Assembly: GCF_018350175.1 (NCBI RefSeq)
Contig: NC_058368.1
Span: 173,168,001-173,232,000, forward strand
Reading direction: 5' to 3'
Source: Felis catus
Taxonomy: Eukaryota
Length of the DNA stretch: 64,000 nucleotides
Both the position numbers and the translations under genes were made by a program. This document shows positions 26,677 to 38,694 of the stretch, piece after piece. The notes beneath the pieces are model-generated. The model was not told the DNA's origin. It did no database searches and worked only from the letters and a program-made list of their open reading frames with translations. Every line of letters starts with the position of its first letter. The stretch's first letter is position 1.

Positions 26677-28180
26677 TTGAATATGTAGATTGCTTTGGGT
26701 ACTATTGACATTTTAACAGTATTTGTTCTTCCAATCCATGAACATGGAATATTTTTCCATTTTTTGTGAGTCTTCTGCAATTCCTTTCATAAGCTTTCTG
26801 TAGTTTTCAGTGTATAGATTTTTCACCTCTTTGGTTAAATTTATTCCTATGTATTTTATGATTTTTGGTGCAATTGTAAATGGCATTGATTCCTTTATTT
26901 CTCTTTCTGCTGCTTCATTATTGGTGTATAGAAATGCAACTGATTTCTGTACATTGATTTTATGACTTGCAGCTGAATTCAAAATAACACCAGCATTCTT
27001 TACAGAGCTAGAACAAACAATTCTAAAATTTGTATGGAATCAGAAAAGACCCCGAGTAGCCAAAATAATATTGAAAAAGAAAACTAAACCTGGAGGCATC
27101 ACAATCCTGAACTTAAAGCTGTATTATAAAGCTATAAACATCAAGACAGTATGGTACTGGCACAAAAACAGACATATAGATCAATGGAACAGAATAGAGA
27201 ACCTGGAAATGGACCCACAAACATATGACCAACTAATCTTTGACAAAGCAGGAAAGAATATCCAATGGAAAAAAGTCTCTTCAGCAAAAGGTGTTAGGAA
27301 AACTGGACAGCAACACGTAGAAGAATGAACCTGGACCACTTTCTTACACCGTATACAAAAATAAACTCAAAATGGATGAAAGATCTAAATGTAAGACAGG
27401 AAGCCATCAAAACCCTTGAGGAGAAAGCAGGCAAAAACTTCTTTGACTTCGGCTGCAGTAACTTCTTACTCAGCACATCTCTGGAGGCAATGGAAACAAA
27501 AGCAAAAATGAACTACTGGGACCTCATCAAAATAAAAAGCTTCTGCACAGCGGAGGAAACAGTCAGCAAAACTAAAAGGCAACCAACCAAATGGGAGAAG
27601 GTACTTGCAAATGACATATCTGATAAAGGGTTAGTATCCAAAATCTATAAAGAACTTCTCAAACTCAATGCCCAAAAAACAAATAATCCAGCAAAGAAAT
27701 GGGCAAAAGACATGAATAGACATGTGAAAAAACAGATGGCTAACAGACATGTGAAAAAATGCTCAACATCACTCATCATCAGGGAAATACAAATCAAAAC
27801 TGCAATGAGATACCACCTCACACCAATCAGAATGGCTAACATTAACAACTCAGGCAACAACAGATGTTGGCAGGGATGCTGAGAAAGAGGATCTCTTTTA
27901 CGCTGTTGGTGAGAGTGCAAACTGGTGCAGCCACTCTGAAAAACAGTATGGAGTTTCCTCAAAAAGTTAAAAATAGAAATACCCTATGTACTACTAAATT
28001 GTAGTAGTAATTGTAATTGTAGATAAATTGTACTACTAGGTATTTATCTAAAGGGCACAGGAGTGCTGTTTCATAGGGGCACATGCACCCCAATGTTTAT
28101 AGCAGCACTGTCTGCACTAGCTAAAGTGTAGAAAGTGCCCAAATGTCTATTGACAGATGAATGGATAAAGAAGATGTGAC
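26677..28180 (+). mobile_element. Feline L1 ORF2 fragment with an inverted 5' segment (26677-~26977 minus; ~26978-28180 plus)
   Basis: Minus ORF 26713-26982 (KINVQKSVAFLYTNN) adjoins plus ORFs 27071-27328 and 27325-27882. Confidence 0.88.
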
Positions 28181-28214
28181 ATATATATATATACTTTAAA
28201 ATTTACCATCTTTC

Positions 28215-31200
28215 GGGGCACCTGGGTGGCTCAGTTGGATGAGCGTCCGACTTCAGCTCAGGTCATGATCTTGCGGTCTGTGAGTTTGAGCCCCGCGTCG
28301 GGCTCTGTGCTGACAGCTCAGAGCCTGGAACCTGCTTTGGATTCTGTGTCTCCCTCTCTCTCTGCCCCTCCCCCACTCATGCTCTGTCTCTCTGTCAAAA
28401 ATAAACATTAAAAAAATTTTAAAAAATTTACTGTCTTTCAGATTTTTTTGCATTGATTTTGAGTTTTCTCCCCATCCTTCTTTGTTTAATTTTTGCATAT
28501 GTAGAATGTTTGCCCTGTTAGACACATCAAATCTGCAGAGAAAGGTATACTTAAATTACACTGCTCTCTATCCTGTACTCACCTATTCCATATCCCTTTC
28601 CCTGTTGATAATCAGTTTTATTACTTGGTAATTCTTGTTGATGTTGCTTTAAAGAAAATTAAGCCCACACATGTTTTCTTAATATTAGTTTTTTATATGT
28701 GAAATGTAGTATACATATTTGCATTTTGATTTTTTCTCTGAACAATATATCCTGCAGGTTATTTTTTTCATTCTCTTACTTTGTTACATTTCTTCAATGA
28801 GCATCTTTAAATTATACTTGAATCTGTTTACCTTTGGGGATTTAGTAATTCAGTTTTCTTTTTTTGAGATGGTTTTGTCTGTCTTCAGTTTCTTTCCTGA
28901 GTTTTACCAACTTTGATTTCATTCGGTTTTTATTTTTGTCTGGTTACGGTTTGTGTTTTTAGATTCTGATTCTGCTTTTCTTCTCTTTTTTTTTTTCCTT
29001 TTCTTTTCTTTTTTCTTTTCTTTTCTTTCTTGATACAGAGCACAAGCAGGGGAGAGGGGTAGAGGGAGAAGAGAATCTTAAGCAGGCTCCATGCTTAGTG
29101 CAGAGCCTAATGCAGGGCTTGATGCCATGACTGTGAAATCATGACCTGAGCCAAAATCAAGAGTTGGATGCTTAACTATGCCACCCAGGTGCCCCAGATT
29201 CTGTTTTTCTTAATTTCTGGATGCTTCTTTGTAATCTATTGGGACATTGTATTTTCTTTTCTATGGTGGTGTTTAGTAGGGGGGATAATAATGTTCATAA
29301 GCTGAAATGGGTTTTTTTGCATTTTCTTTTTGGTTTACATTTGCTTAGTTTGGAATTTCTTTTTTTACTTCTGTCATTTACTGGGCAGATGTCCTACTTT
29401 AAAAGTTCCCCTTTATATCTTTAGTGAAGTGTAGTTTCTTTTATGGAATATACTGTTAATATTAGTGAATTGTTAGGGTGGGGAAGATAGATTGACGTGT
29501 CCTTTTTTTTTCCTTTTTTCTTCAGGAGTCTTCCTTTTTGTTTCTCCTTCCTTTGTTTTCTTTCAATGACTCAGAGGGCAGCAGTTCTTCCCCGTTTATC
29601 TCCCTCCCTTCCAGTAACACTGCATCCCTGTGGTTGCCACTTTTGGTTCTTCTCACCTTTAAGCACTTTATTGTAGCTAATTATGTGAAGTACCATATCT
29701 TGGACCTTTGCTTAGTGTTTGGCCATAGTGTTAGACTTTCTAATCAGGGTAATGTTTTCTGTGCTTTAAGTTCTTTAGTTTCTTTTTCATGGAGTCTCTT
29801 AAGTGTCTCCTTCCTCTATTTTGTGCACCCACAGGGTTGCAGCAGCAATGGATGTTCTGTTGGAATTTATTTTTTATTTATTGCTTGCTGCTTATATGAT
29901 GCTTGTGGTTTGTTCTGAAGACACTGGTCATAGTTGGCGTTTTTTTTCTTGCCTTTGTGGTCTTGTGGTTTTTCTGGAGGATTTGTGGAGAAATTCAGAT
30001 TTAGATGATTTTCCATTGTTTTAAAATTTTTTCATTTTCAGCCATTCTGGATCACTTTATTATAGTTCTGTCGTTGTATGTAATCTTGAATTGCGTTTTA
30101 GTAGATTATCTTATATTCTCTATATCTATTTTATATTCTTTGCTGTTTTGGCTCTTTGTTTTGGCATATTTTTTGGCATTTAGGAAAGTTTTTTTTGTTT
30201 GTTTTAGACATTAAGTGTCTTTAAAATTTTTTTTCTTCAAGTTTATTCATTCATTTTTAGAGAGAAAGAGAGCACAAGTAGGGGAGAGGCAGAGAGAGAA
30301 TCCCAAGCAGGCTCCACGTTGCCAGCACTGAGCCTGATGCGAGACTCGTTCTTCCGAACCGTGAAATCATAACCTGAGCTGAAATGCAGAATCGAATGCT
30401 CAACTGACTGAGCCACCTAGATGCCCTTTTTTTCTTTTTTTTCTTAAATGTTTATTTATTTATTTTGAGAGAGAGAGAATGTGTGCATGTGCGCATGTAA
30501 GCAGGGAAGGGGCAGAGAGAGAATCCCAAGCAGGCTCCACTTTGTCAGCACAGGGCCTGTCATGGGGCTCAGTCTCTTGACCTGTGAGATCATGACCTGA
30601 ACCAAGTCAGAAGCTTAACTGACTAAGCCACTCAGGCACCTCTGAATTTATAAAAAAAAAATTTTGGGGGGCTTGTGCTCACCCAGTGCGGGGTTTGTAC
30701 TCACCTGAAGCAGGACTTGAGCGCACCTGAAGTGGGCTTGAGCTCACCTGAATTCAGCAGGGCTCGAGCTTATGTGATGTGGGACTCAAATTCATGAACC
30801 GTGAGATCATGATCTGAGCCGACGTCAGAAGCTTAATGACTGAGCCACCCAGGTGCCCAAGATGCTCTGATTATCTTACTTCACCATCAGTTGTGGGTAC
30901 AAAACCAAACTTAGTATGTGAAGGGTCATATTTCTGACTAAAACTAGAATGAAAGTTTTGCCCTTTGTCTCCTCACAATCACTTTATTTTACTGCTACCG
31001 CTGCATTCAGAAAGATTTGGGTTTTTTGATGACAGAAGTCAGTGAAGCTTGTTTTTAAATCTAATTAAGATTAAAAATAATTAATCAATAAGATTATTGA
31101 TTGTATGGGAGATGCTCAGTTGGTTGAGCGTCTGACTCTTGATTTTGGCTCAGGTCATGATCCCAGGGTTGTGGGATCGAGCCCTGTGTCAGGCTCTGTG

Positions 31201-32715
31201 CTGAGCGTGGAGTCTGCTTAAGATTCTGTCTCCCTCTGCCCCTTTCCCCCCTCCCACATTCATGTTCTCTCTCTCTTTCTAATAAAAAAGAATAATATAT
31301 TTTGAACATAATGTGAGCTTTATTTCTTTCATTTAATCATATTAAAGTATAATTAAAACAGGCTTGATTAAAACTTAAAGTGATAATGTTATTAAATTAA
31401 TGTTTGCATTTTCTCACATATTTATAATACTTTGGATTTTACTGAATAAATTTAACATACCACATATAACATGGTCCTTCTGCAAATGGAAGTCCACTCA
31501 TCATGTGCTTGGATATTTTGGCAGTGTCAGATTGCTGTAAGTTTCTAAGTGCATATTTTCATTTTCTATGCTTATTTTGTTAGAGCAGTAACAAGGAGTG
31601 TGCTCATCTGTAGATCATGTTTTCAGTAGCATTGATTCAGATTTTACAGTGACAGAATATTCTACTCTCAGCATTATTGTGCACACATCTTTGTGCTTGT
31701 GTGTGAGTGTATCTGTAGTATAAATTCCTAGAAGTATATTGGTGGACAAAGAGTTTGTACATTTATGATTTCAGAGGTTATTGCCAATTTACCTTCTAAC
31801 CATATTCCACCCATTTTATCCCATCTAGCATAAGAGTACCTGTTTCCCCACATAAAGTGATTTATAACACATTTTCTTTTACTATTAATATAGGTTTTAA
31901 AAAGTATGTAATTATTTTGATTTAGATGTTCAAAGTGAGGTCGAGCATCTTTTCATATACTTACGAGCCCCTTGTGTATTTTTCCTTATGAGATATATTA
32001 TGTGTTTTGCTAAAGGCAGAGGTTATTTTTTATTTATTTTTTATCTTTAAATTTACATCCAAGTTAGTTAGCATATAGTACAACAGTGATTTCAGGAGTA
32101 GATTTCTTAATGCTCCTTACCCACTTAGCCTATCCCCCCTCCCACAACCCCTCCAGCAACCCTCTGTTTGTTCTCTATGTTTAAAAGTAAGGGAGGAGGG
32201 GCTCCTGGGTGGCTCAGTTGGTTAGGAGTCCGATTTCAGCTCAGGTCATGATCTCAGTTTGTGGGTTCAAGTTCTGCGTCGGGCTCTGTGCTGACAGCTC
32301 AGAGCCTGGAGCCTGCTTCAGATTCTGTGTCTCCCTCTCTCTCTGCCCCTCTTCCTCTCAAAAATAAAAAAAATTTTTTAAAAAGTAAAGGAGGAGGTTA
32401 AATATTGGTCTTTTTTATTGATTGTAAGAGCGCTTTATATATAAAGAAAATTAGTACTTTTCCTAATAATTATGTAACATAGTTTTCCCCAGCTCTATTG
32501 CTTTTTTTTTTTTTTAAGTTTATCTGTTTATTTTGAGAGACAGAGTGTGTGAGTAGACGGGAGGGTCAGAGAGAGGAGGAGAGAGAAAGAGAATCCTAAG
32601 CAAGCTTTGCACTGCCAGCCTGGAGCCTGACTGGGGGCTCGAAGCCACAAACTGAAATTATGACATGAGTTCAAACCAAGAGTTTCACTTAACCAACTGA
32701 GCCACCCAGGTGCCC
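28215..32715. mobile_element. Can-SINEs at ~28215-28430(+), 28980-29195(-), 30225-30426(-), 30430-30641(-), 30666-30858(-, variant), 31107-31290(+), 32198-32385(+), 32502-32715(-)
   Basis: Consensus heads, bodies and tails. Confidence 0.85.
32023..32185 (-). mobile_element. Very short feline L1 3' end
   Basis: T-tail plus 'atttacatccaagttagttagcatatag...gatttcaggagtagatt'. Confidence 0.8.
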
Positions 32716-33093
32716 TGCTCTGTTGGTTTTTAGGTACTAATTTAAAATAAATGAGTACACACTGACTTTAATCATACTCATTTTTAAATCTGAATCAAGC
32801 TTTCCCTGTACTTTAGTGCATGTTTAATGGTGTTATGCAGATATTTACATGAGTGTCCATTTGACACATGATAGTGTCAATATATTATGTCTTTCAGTTT
32901 TTATGATTTTTGTTTCAGATTTACATGTTTTCTTTTTTGTACCGTAAGGGATCTATTTCTGATGTTTCTGTGAACATTTACAATAGCCACTGATTCTGCA
33001 GAGGTTCATTGGCCTCTATTAGTTGTAGAAGATGCGGAAAGAGTACTACTTGTAATCATAGCCATTCTGATGATATTTCTTATTTTGCAACAG

Positions 33094-33178
33094 GAACCAA
33101 AGGAAGAGAATGGATTGCAGAAAATGAAGACAAAACAGTCAAATAGAACAAAGTGTTTGGCTAAAAGAAAAATTGCAC
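33094..33178 (+). CDS. UIMC1: UIMC1 coding exon 2 (85 nt): EPKEENGLQKMKTKQSNRTKCLAKRKIA+C
   Basis: Acceptor ttttgcaacag, donor gtatgt at 33179. Phase 0 to 1 fits both neighbours; peptide matches RAP80 aa ~50-78. Confidence 0.95.
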
Positions 33179-33576
33179 GTATGTTTTCATTTTTGTGTTG
33201 AGAATACTTTGAAAATTGCAGCATAGAATTGATACTAGTTTCTTCATTAGGAAGAGGTTTGTCAGATTAAGGATGTATGTGCCTATTTATTCTGGATTCT
33301 TTTGAAATTTTTAGGATTCACTGTTTCCTATAGCTTACACAGTTGACTTATGCGTAGAGGGTTCAAATTAAAAATGTGAACTTCAGAGTTAGGCATACTT
33401 GGATTTGAATCCTTGTTTCAGCCCTTAGTATATAGTCTTTAGGTAAATTAGTACTTTCAGACTACCTCTGTTTTCTTTCTTTTTTTTTTTTTCTACCTGT
33501 TTTTTCTTACCAATAAAATACAGATATAACAGTGGCTCAAATAATGGTACCTATTATAATGGTACTATTTTTATCA

Positions 33577-34021
33577 TGTTAAACAAAATTCAACCAAGTA
33601 AATTTGAAGATCTGATTGGCTTATTAAATGATTCATGAATCAGGCAACATTCCATCTGGCAAGTAGAGGGATGCTCTGAGGAGCTGTTTGAAATGGAAGC
33701 TTTTTATAGAAAGGAGGGTGGGGCAAGAAAATTAATAGCAAAAAAAAAAAAAAGATTGTTTCAGGCAAGATCACTTTCTCTTACTGGGAAGGACAGGGGT
33801 CTTATTAGGTAGATTATGTCATTTTCCTTTGGGGGATGGAGAGAGTTTATGTGATAGATTATCTCATTGGTACTTAATCAGAATATTCCTGATTTACAGG
33901 TTAAGACTTACATTAATGGGGGAAGTTGAAACTACAGTTAGATTAGATATTAAGCCCCAGTTTGGTGACTTGGCCTGGCACAAGTGATGGCATTTTGGGC
34001 CCGTGGGCTTTCTTGTTAACA
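33577..34021. mobile_element. ERV1-class solo LTR (445 bp)
   Basis: TGTTAA...TTAACA inverted termini; 4-bp flanks atca/ttca. Confidence 0.75.
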
Positions 34022-34032
34022 TTCATTAAAAT

Positions 34033-34871
34033 TGTAAGGGAGAAATTCTCCTGTGTGTCTCCTCTACTCTTAACACTTCGCTGTGGTCATCACGCGTGTT
34101 GGGGGTTTTCTCCCACACCAAACAATTCTCTAGTTCTCAGTCAGACCCTGTCTGGTATCCCAGTTTAACCAATTCTGACACTGCCTGCCTGGAGATAGTG
34201 TCAGGTCCCACAGGTCTGCCTTCACTTTTGATGGCAACTGCAAGTCCATGTCGTTACCTGTGCATATGCCTGACTGGCTATAAAGTGGTTCATTTGACCC
34301 CCTCCTAGGGTTTGATTAATTTGCTAGAATGGCTCACAGTACTCAGTGAAACTGTTTACCTACCAGATGACTGGTTTATTATAAGGGATGTAGTGCAGGA
34401 ACAGGTAGATGGCAGAGGTGTATAGGGCAAGATATGAGGGAAGGGCTGCAGAGCTTGCACGTCCTTTCCAGGTGTGTCACCTTTCCAGTATCTTCACTAA
34501 CCTAGAAGCTCTCCAGACCCTGTAGTTTACAGATTTTTATGGAAGCTTCATTATGCAGGCATGAGTGATTAAATAATTGGCCTTTGCTGATTGGTTCAGC
34601 CTCCAGCCAGCCCCTCTCCCTTCCCTCAAGGCTAGGGGACAGGGATGAAAGTTTCAGCGCTCTAATCCCCTGGTTGGTTCCTGCATCCTGAGAGGCTTTC
34701 CCAAAGTAAATGCATTAACATAAACTCAGGTATGGTTGAAAGGGATTGTTATGAATAACAGAAGATGCCTTTATTGTTCTTTTCACTCAGGAAATTCCAA
34801 GGGTTTTAGGAGCGCTGTGCTAGGGAACAAAGGTCAAACATATATTTATTAGTGTAGGTCACAGTATCACA
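34033..34871. mobile_element. MER21-like solo LTR (839 bp)
   Basis: TG...CA termini; exact 5-bp TSD aaaat (34028-34032, 34872-34876); MER21-type motifs 'caattctgacact..ctgcctggagatagtgtcag' and 'ttaatttgctagaatggctcacag'. Confidence 0.75.
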
Positions 34872-35416
34872 AAAATTTTTTTGTTGTAGATTTTGCTTTG
34901 TGAAGTTACTTCATTATTATTTTTGGCGTTTTAATGTGATGTGAAGTGTTCATTTCAGTGAATTTTTCAAAAGATATGAAAACTAGTTGAAATTATTACA
35001 AAGGTTGATTGAAAATAAACAAGGCTTTATTTTACTGTTAATTTGAATTTCAGTGATTTAAGGTAGAATTCTTAGCCTTGTAAAATTGACCACACACAGT
35101 TCATTGTTGTGAAATCATTCCATTATGTCTAGAGGTAGCTTGTCACTAGGTTAGATCTGTTGAATGTACCCAAGTTATTTTCAGTATTGAAAATTGATAA
35201 TAGTTATTTTTTGGGATGTGATCATCTTTATCAATTGATAGTTAAATTTATGTCATCATTGGTGGACTGTTGATAGTTGCCTGTTTGGTTATTCTGGATC
35301 TTTACAATCAAATTGGGTTTTATTTTTTTATTTGGTTGTGTTATGCTTTTTTATCTGGTCTGACAATCCTTTTTATCTTTTTAATGTATTTTGACAACTT
35401 TTGTCTTTTAGTTGTC

Positions 35417-35853
35417 TTTTTTTTTTTTTTTAATGTTTATTTATTTTTGAGAGAGAGAGTGAGACAGAGCATGAGCAGGGGAGGGCCAGAGAGAGAGGGA
35501 AACAGAGAATCGGAAGCAGGCTCCAGGCTTGGAGCTGTCAGCACAGAGCTGAACGTGGGGCTCGAACCACGAACCATGAGATCATGACCTGAGCCAAAGT
35601 CGGACGCTTAACTGACTGAGCCACCCAGGCGCCCCCTGTTTTTTAGTTGTCTTTCACATTTACATTTAATGTAATTATTGATGTTACTGAATTAAAGTCT
35701 GTCATTTGAGAGCCATTTGTTCCAGCTGTTCTTTGTCTTTTTTCTTTTTCTTTGTTTTTATGAAAAAAATTTTTTTGAAGTCTATTTTTTTTTTTTTTTT
35801 TTGATGTCTATTTTTGAGAGAGAGAGTGACAGAGCATGAGCAGGGGAGGGGCA

Positions 35854-35904
<51 letters not shown>

Positions 35905-36305
35905 TCTGAAGCAGGCTCTAGGCTCTGAGTTGTCAGCACAGAGCCCAGTGTAGGGTTTGAATTCAGAAACTGTGAGATTATAACCTGAGCTGAAGTCAGA
36001 TGCTTAACTGAACTTTTTCTGTCCTTTTTTTTTTTGAATTTGGTTCCATTTTATTTCTACTACTGGTTTTTTTTATATCTCTTTTAAAAAAATACTTAGT
36101 GGTTGAGGCACTTGGGTGGCTCAGTTGGTTGAGCATCTCACTCTTGATTTCTGCTTGGGTAGTGATCCTAGGGTCGTGGGAACGAGCTCCACATTGGGCT
36201 TTGTGCTGGCATGGAGCTTGCTTGAGACTTTCTCTCTCTCTCGCTTTCTCTTTCTCTGCCCCTCTGCTCCTCTCCCCTGCTTGCACTCTCTCTCTCAAAA
36301 AAAAT
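35417..36305. mobile_element. Three Can-SINEs (two minus, one plus); the second carries an internal (AC)n expansion
   Basis: Consensus bodies. Confidence 0.85.
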
Positions 36306-37154
36306 TTAGTGGTTGAGCTAGCGTCTATAGTACATACATTTAATTACAGTCACCTTCAAATAATGTTATGTTGTTTCATGTGTAGTGTAGACTACAGTAC
36401 ATTCCCAGTTTTTGTCTACCCTACTTTGTGTTATTTTTGCCATACATTTTAGTTTTGCATATAACACACAATATGTTGATACTTTGTTTTAGATAAATTA
36501 TCTTGTAGAGTAATGGAAATAAAAAGTAAAGAATTCCATACTTTTGTTTATTTGTGCTATCTCAAGGGCTATTTATTTCTTTGTGTAGATCCCAATTTCT
36601 GTGCAGTTTCATTTTCTTTCTGCTGGAAAGCTTTTTTTTTTTTTTAATCACTTTTTGTAATGTAGACTGGTTGCCAATCAATTCTCTGCTTTTGTTTGAG
36701 AGTATTTCTTCATTTTTATGGTAACTACTTTATTGAGATATAACTCCTGTACCATACAATTCATTCATCATACAGTACTTCCTTGTATTGTATGAGTGTT
36801 CTAATTCCTTCACATACTTGCCAACACTTCTTTTCCTTTTTATTTATTTTTTAAATTATAGACACCCCAGTGGGTATGAAATGATCTCATTGTGGTTTTT
36901 GATTTACATTTCTCTAATGACTAATGATGTTGATCATCTCTTCATGTATTTGTTGGCCATTTGTACATTTTCTTTGGAGAAAAGTCTTCATATCCTTTGC
37001 TCATTAAATTTTTTAAGTATAAAAGTCACATAAAACATACTATTTAAAAATTTAAAAATTAAAAAAATTAAAAAATGTTTTTATCATGAAAGAGGTGTTG
37101 AATTTTGTCAAATGTTTTTTCTGTGTCTGTTAAAATGATTATTTGGGTTTTATC

Positions 37155-37793
37155 TTTTTTTTTTCTGCCCCTTTTTTTTTTTTTTAATTTACATCCAAGT
37201 TAGCATATAGTGCAACAATGATTTCAGGAGTAGATTCCTTAATGCCCCTTACCCATTTAGCCCATCCTCCCTCCCACAACCCCTCCAGCAACCCTCTGTT
37301 GGTTCTCCATATTTAAGAGTCTGTTGTGTTTTGTCCCCCTCCCTGTTTTTATATTAGTTTTGCTTCCCTTCCCTTACGTTCATCTGTTTTGTATCTTAAG
37401 TTCCTCATATGAATGAAGTTGTATGATATTTGCCTTTCTCTAATTTCACTTAGCATAATACCCTCTAGTTGCATCCATGTAGTTGCAAATGGCAAAATTT
37501 CATTCTTTTTGATTGCCGAGTAATACTCCATTGTGTGTGTGTGTATATATATATATATACAGCACCTTTATCATTCATCCATCGATGGACATGGGCTCTT
37601 TCCATACTGTGGCTATTGTTGATAGCGCTGCTGTAAACATTGGGGTGCTTGTGCCCCTTCGAAACAGCATACCTGTATCCCTTGGATAAATACCTACTAG
37701 TGCAATTGCTGGGTCGTAGGGTAGTTCTATTTTTAATTTTTTGAAAAACCTCCATACTGTTTTCCAGAGTGGCTGCACCAGTTTGCATTCCCA
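37155..37793 (-). mobile_element. Feline L1 3' fragment (~630 bp) with 10-bp TSD
   Basis: TSD tgggttttat at 37144-37153 and 37794-37803; ORF2 end ([13 protein letters not shown]); terminates at ...ttgcattccca. Confidence 0.9.
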
Positions 37794-38694
37794 TGGGTTT
37801 TATGTTTTAAAAACTTTGTTGATTTGGTATACTAATTGATTTTCTTATGTTAAACTAACTTTGCATTCCTCGGATAAAGTCTCCTTTGTCATGGTGTAGA
37901 ATACTTTTTATATGATGCTGGATTTGTTTTGCTGGTATTATGTTGAGAATTTATTGCATCTACATTTCGTAAGAGATACCAGTCTATAGTTTTCTGGTCA
38001 TGTGTTTGTGTGGATTTGGTATCAGGCTAATATTGGCCCCAGGGAATGAGTTGCATTTTGGTTTCTCCTTTAATTTTTGGAAGAGTTGGTGTTAATTTTT
38101 CTTTAACTGGCAGAATTCACCAGTGAAGCCATCTGGACCTGGGCCTTTTTTTGTGGATAGGTTTTGATTACTGGTTCAGTCTCTTACCTATTGTAGTTTT
38201 ATTCAGGTTTTTTCTGTAACTTCTTGAGTAGTTTTGGTAGTTTATCTTAGGAATTTGTGTTTCCTCTAAGTTAGCAAATTTATTGATGTACAGTTTTTCT
38301 TATAGTATTCCATTATAGTCCTTTTTATTTTTATTTTTTTAAGATTGTTAGGAATGTCTCCACTGTCAGTCCTGCTTTTACTTGTTTGAGTCTTCTTTTT
38401 TCCTCCCCTGCTCAATCTAACTCAAAGTTTGTCAATTTTGTTGTTTTCAAAAATTATTCTTTTTATCAACTTACCTGTTTTTCTATTTTCTGTTGATTTC
38501 TTCTGTATTCTTTTAGGTTTAGTTTTCTCTTTTTTTCCCCTGTGTCTTGAGGTAGAAGTTTAGGTTATTGATTCAAGATCTTTCTTTTTTAATATAGGCA
38601 TTAGACAGCTGTAAATTTCCTAAGTACTCCTTTAGCTGCATTCTATAAGTTTTGAAGACATACTTTATTTTCATTCATCTCAAAGTATTTTCTT

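Noticed and set aside
27325..27882. 185-aa ORF and other ORF2-like ORFs as functional genes
   Set aside because: Fragments of truncated, frameshifted L1 ORF2.
30666..30800. ~22-nt repeats as a CRISPR-like array
   Set aside because: Eukaryotic DNA, no unique spacers; the units are tandem copies of a SINE segment.
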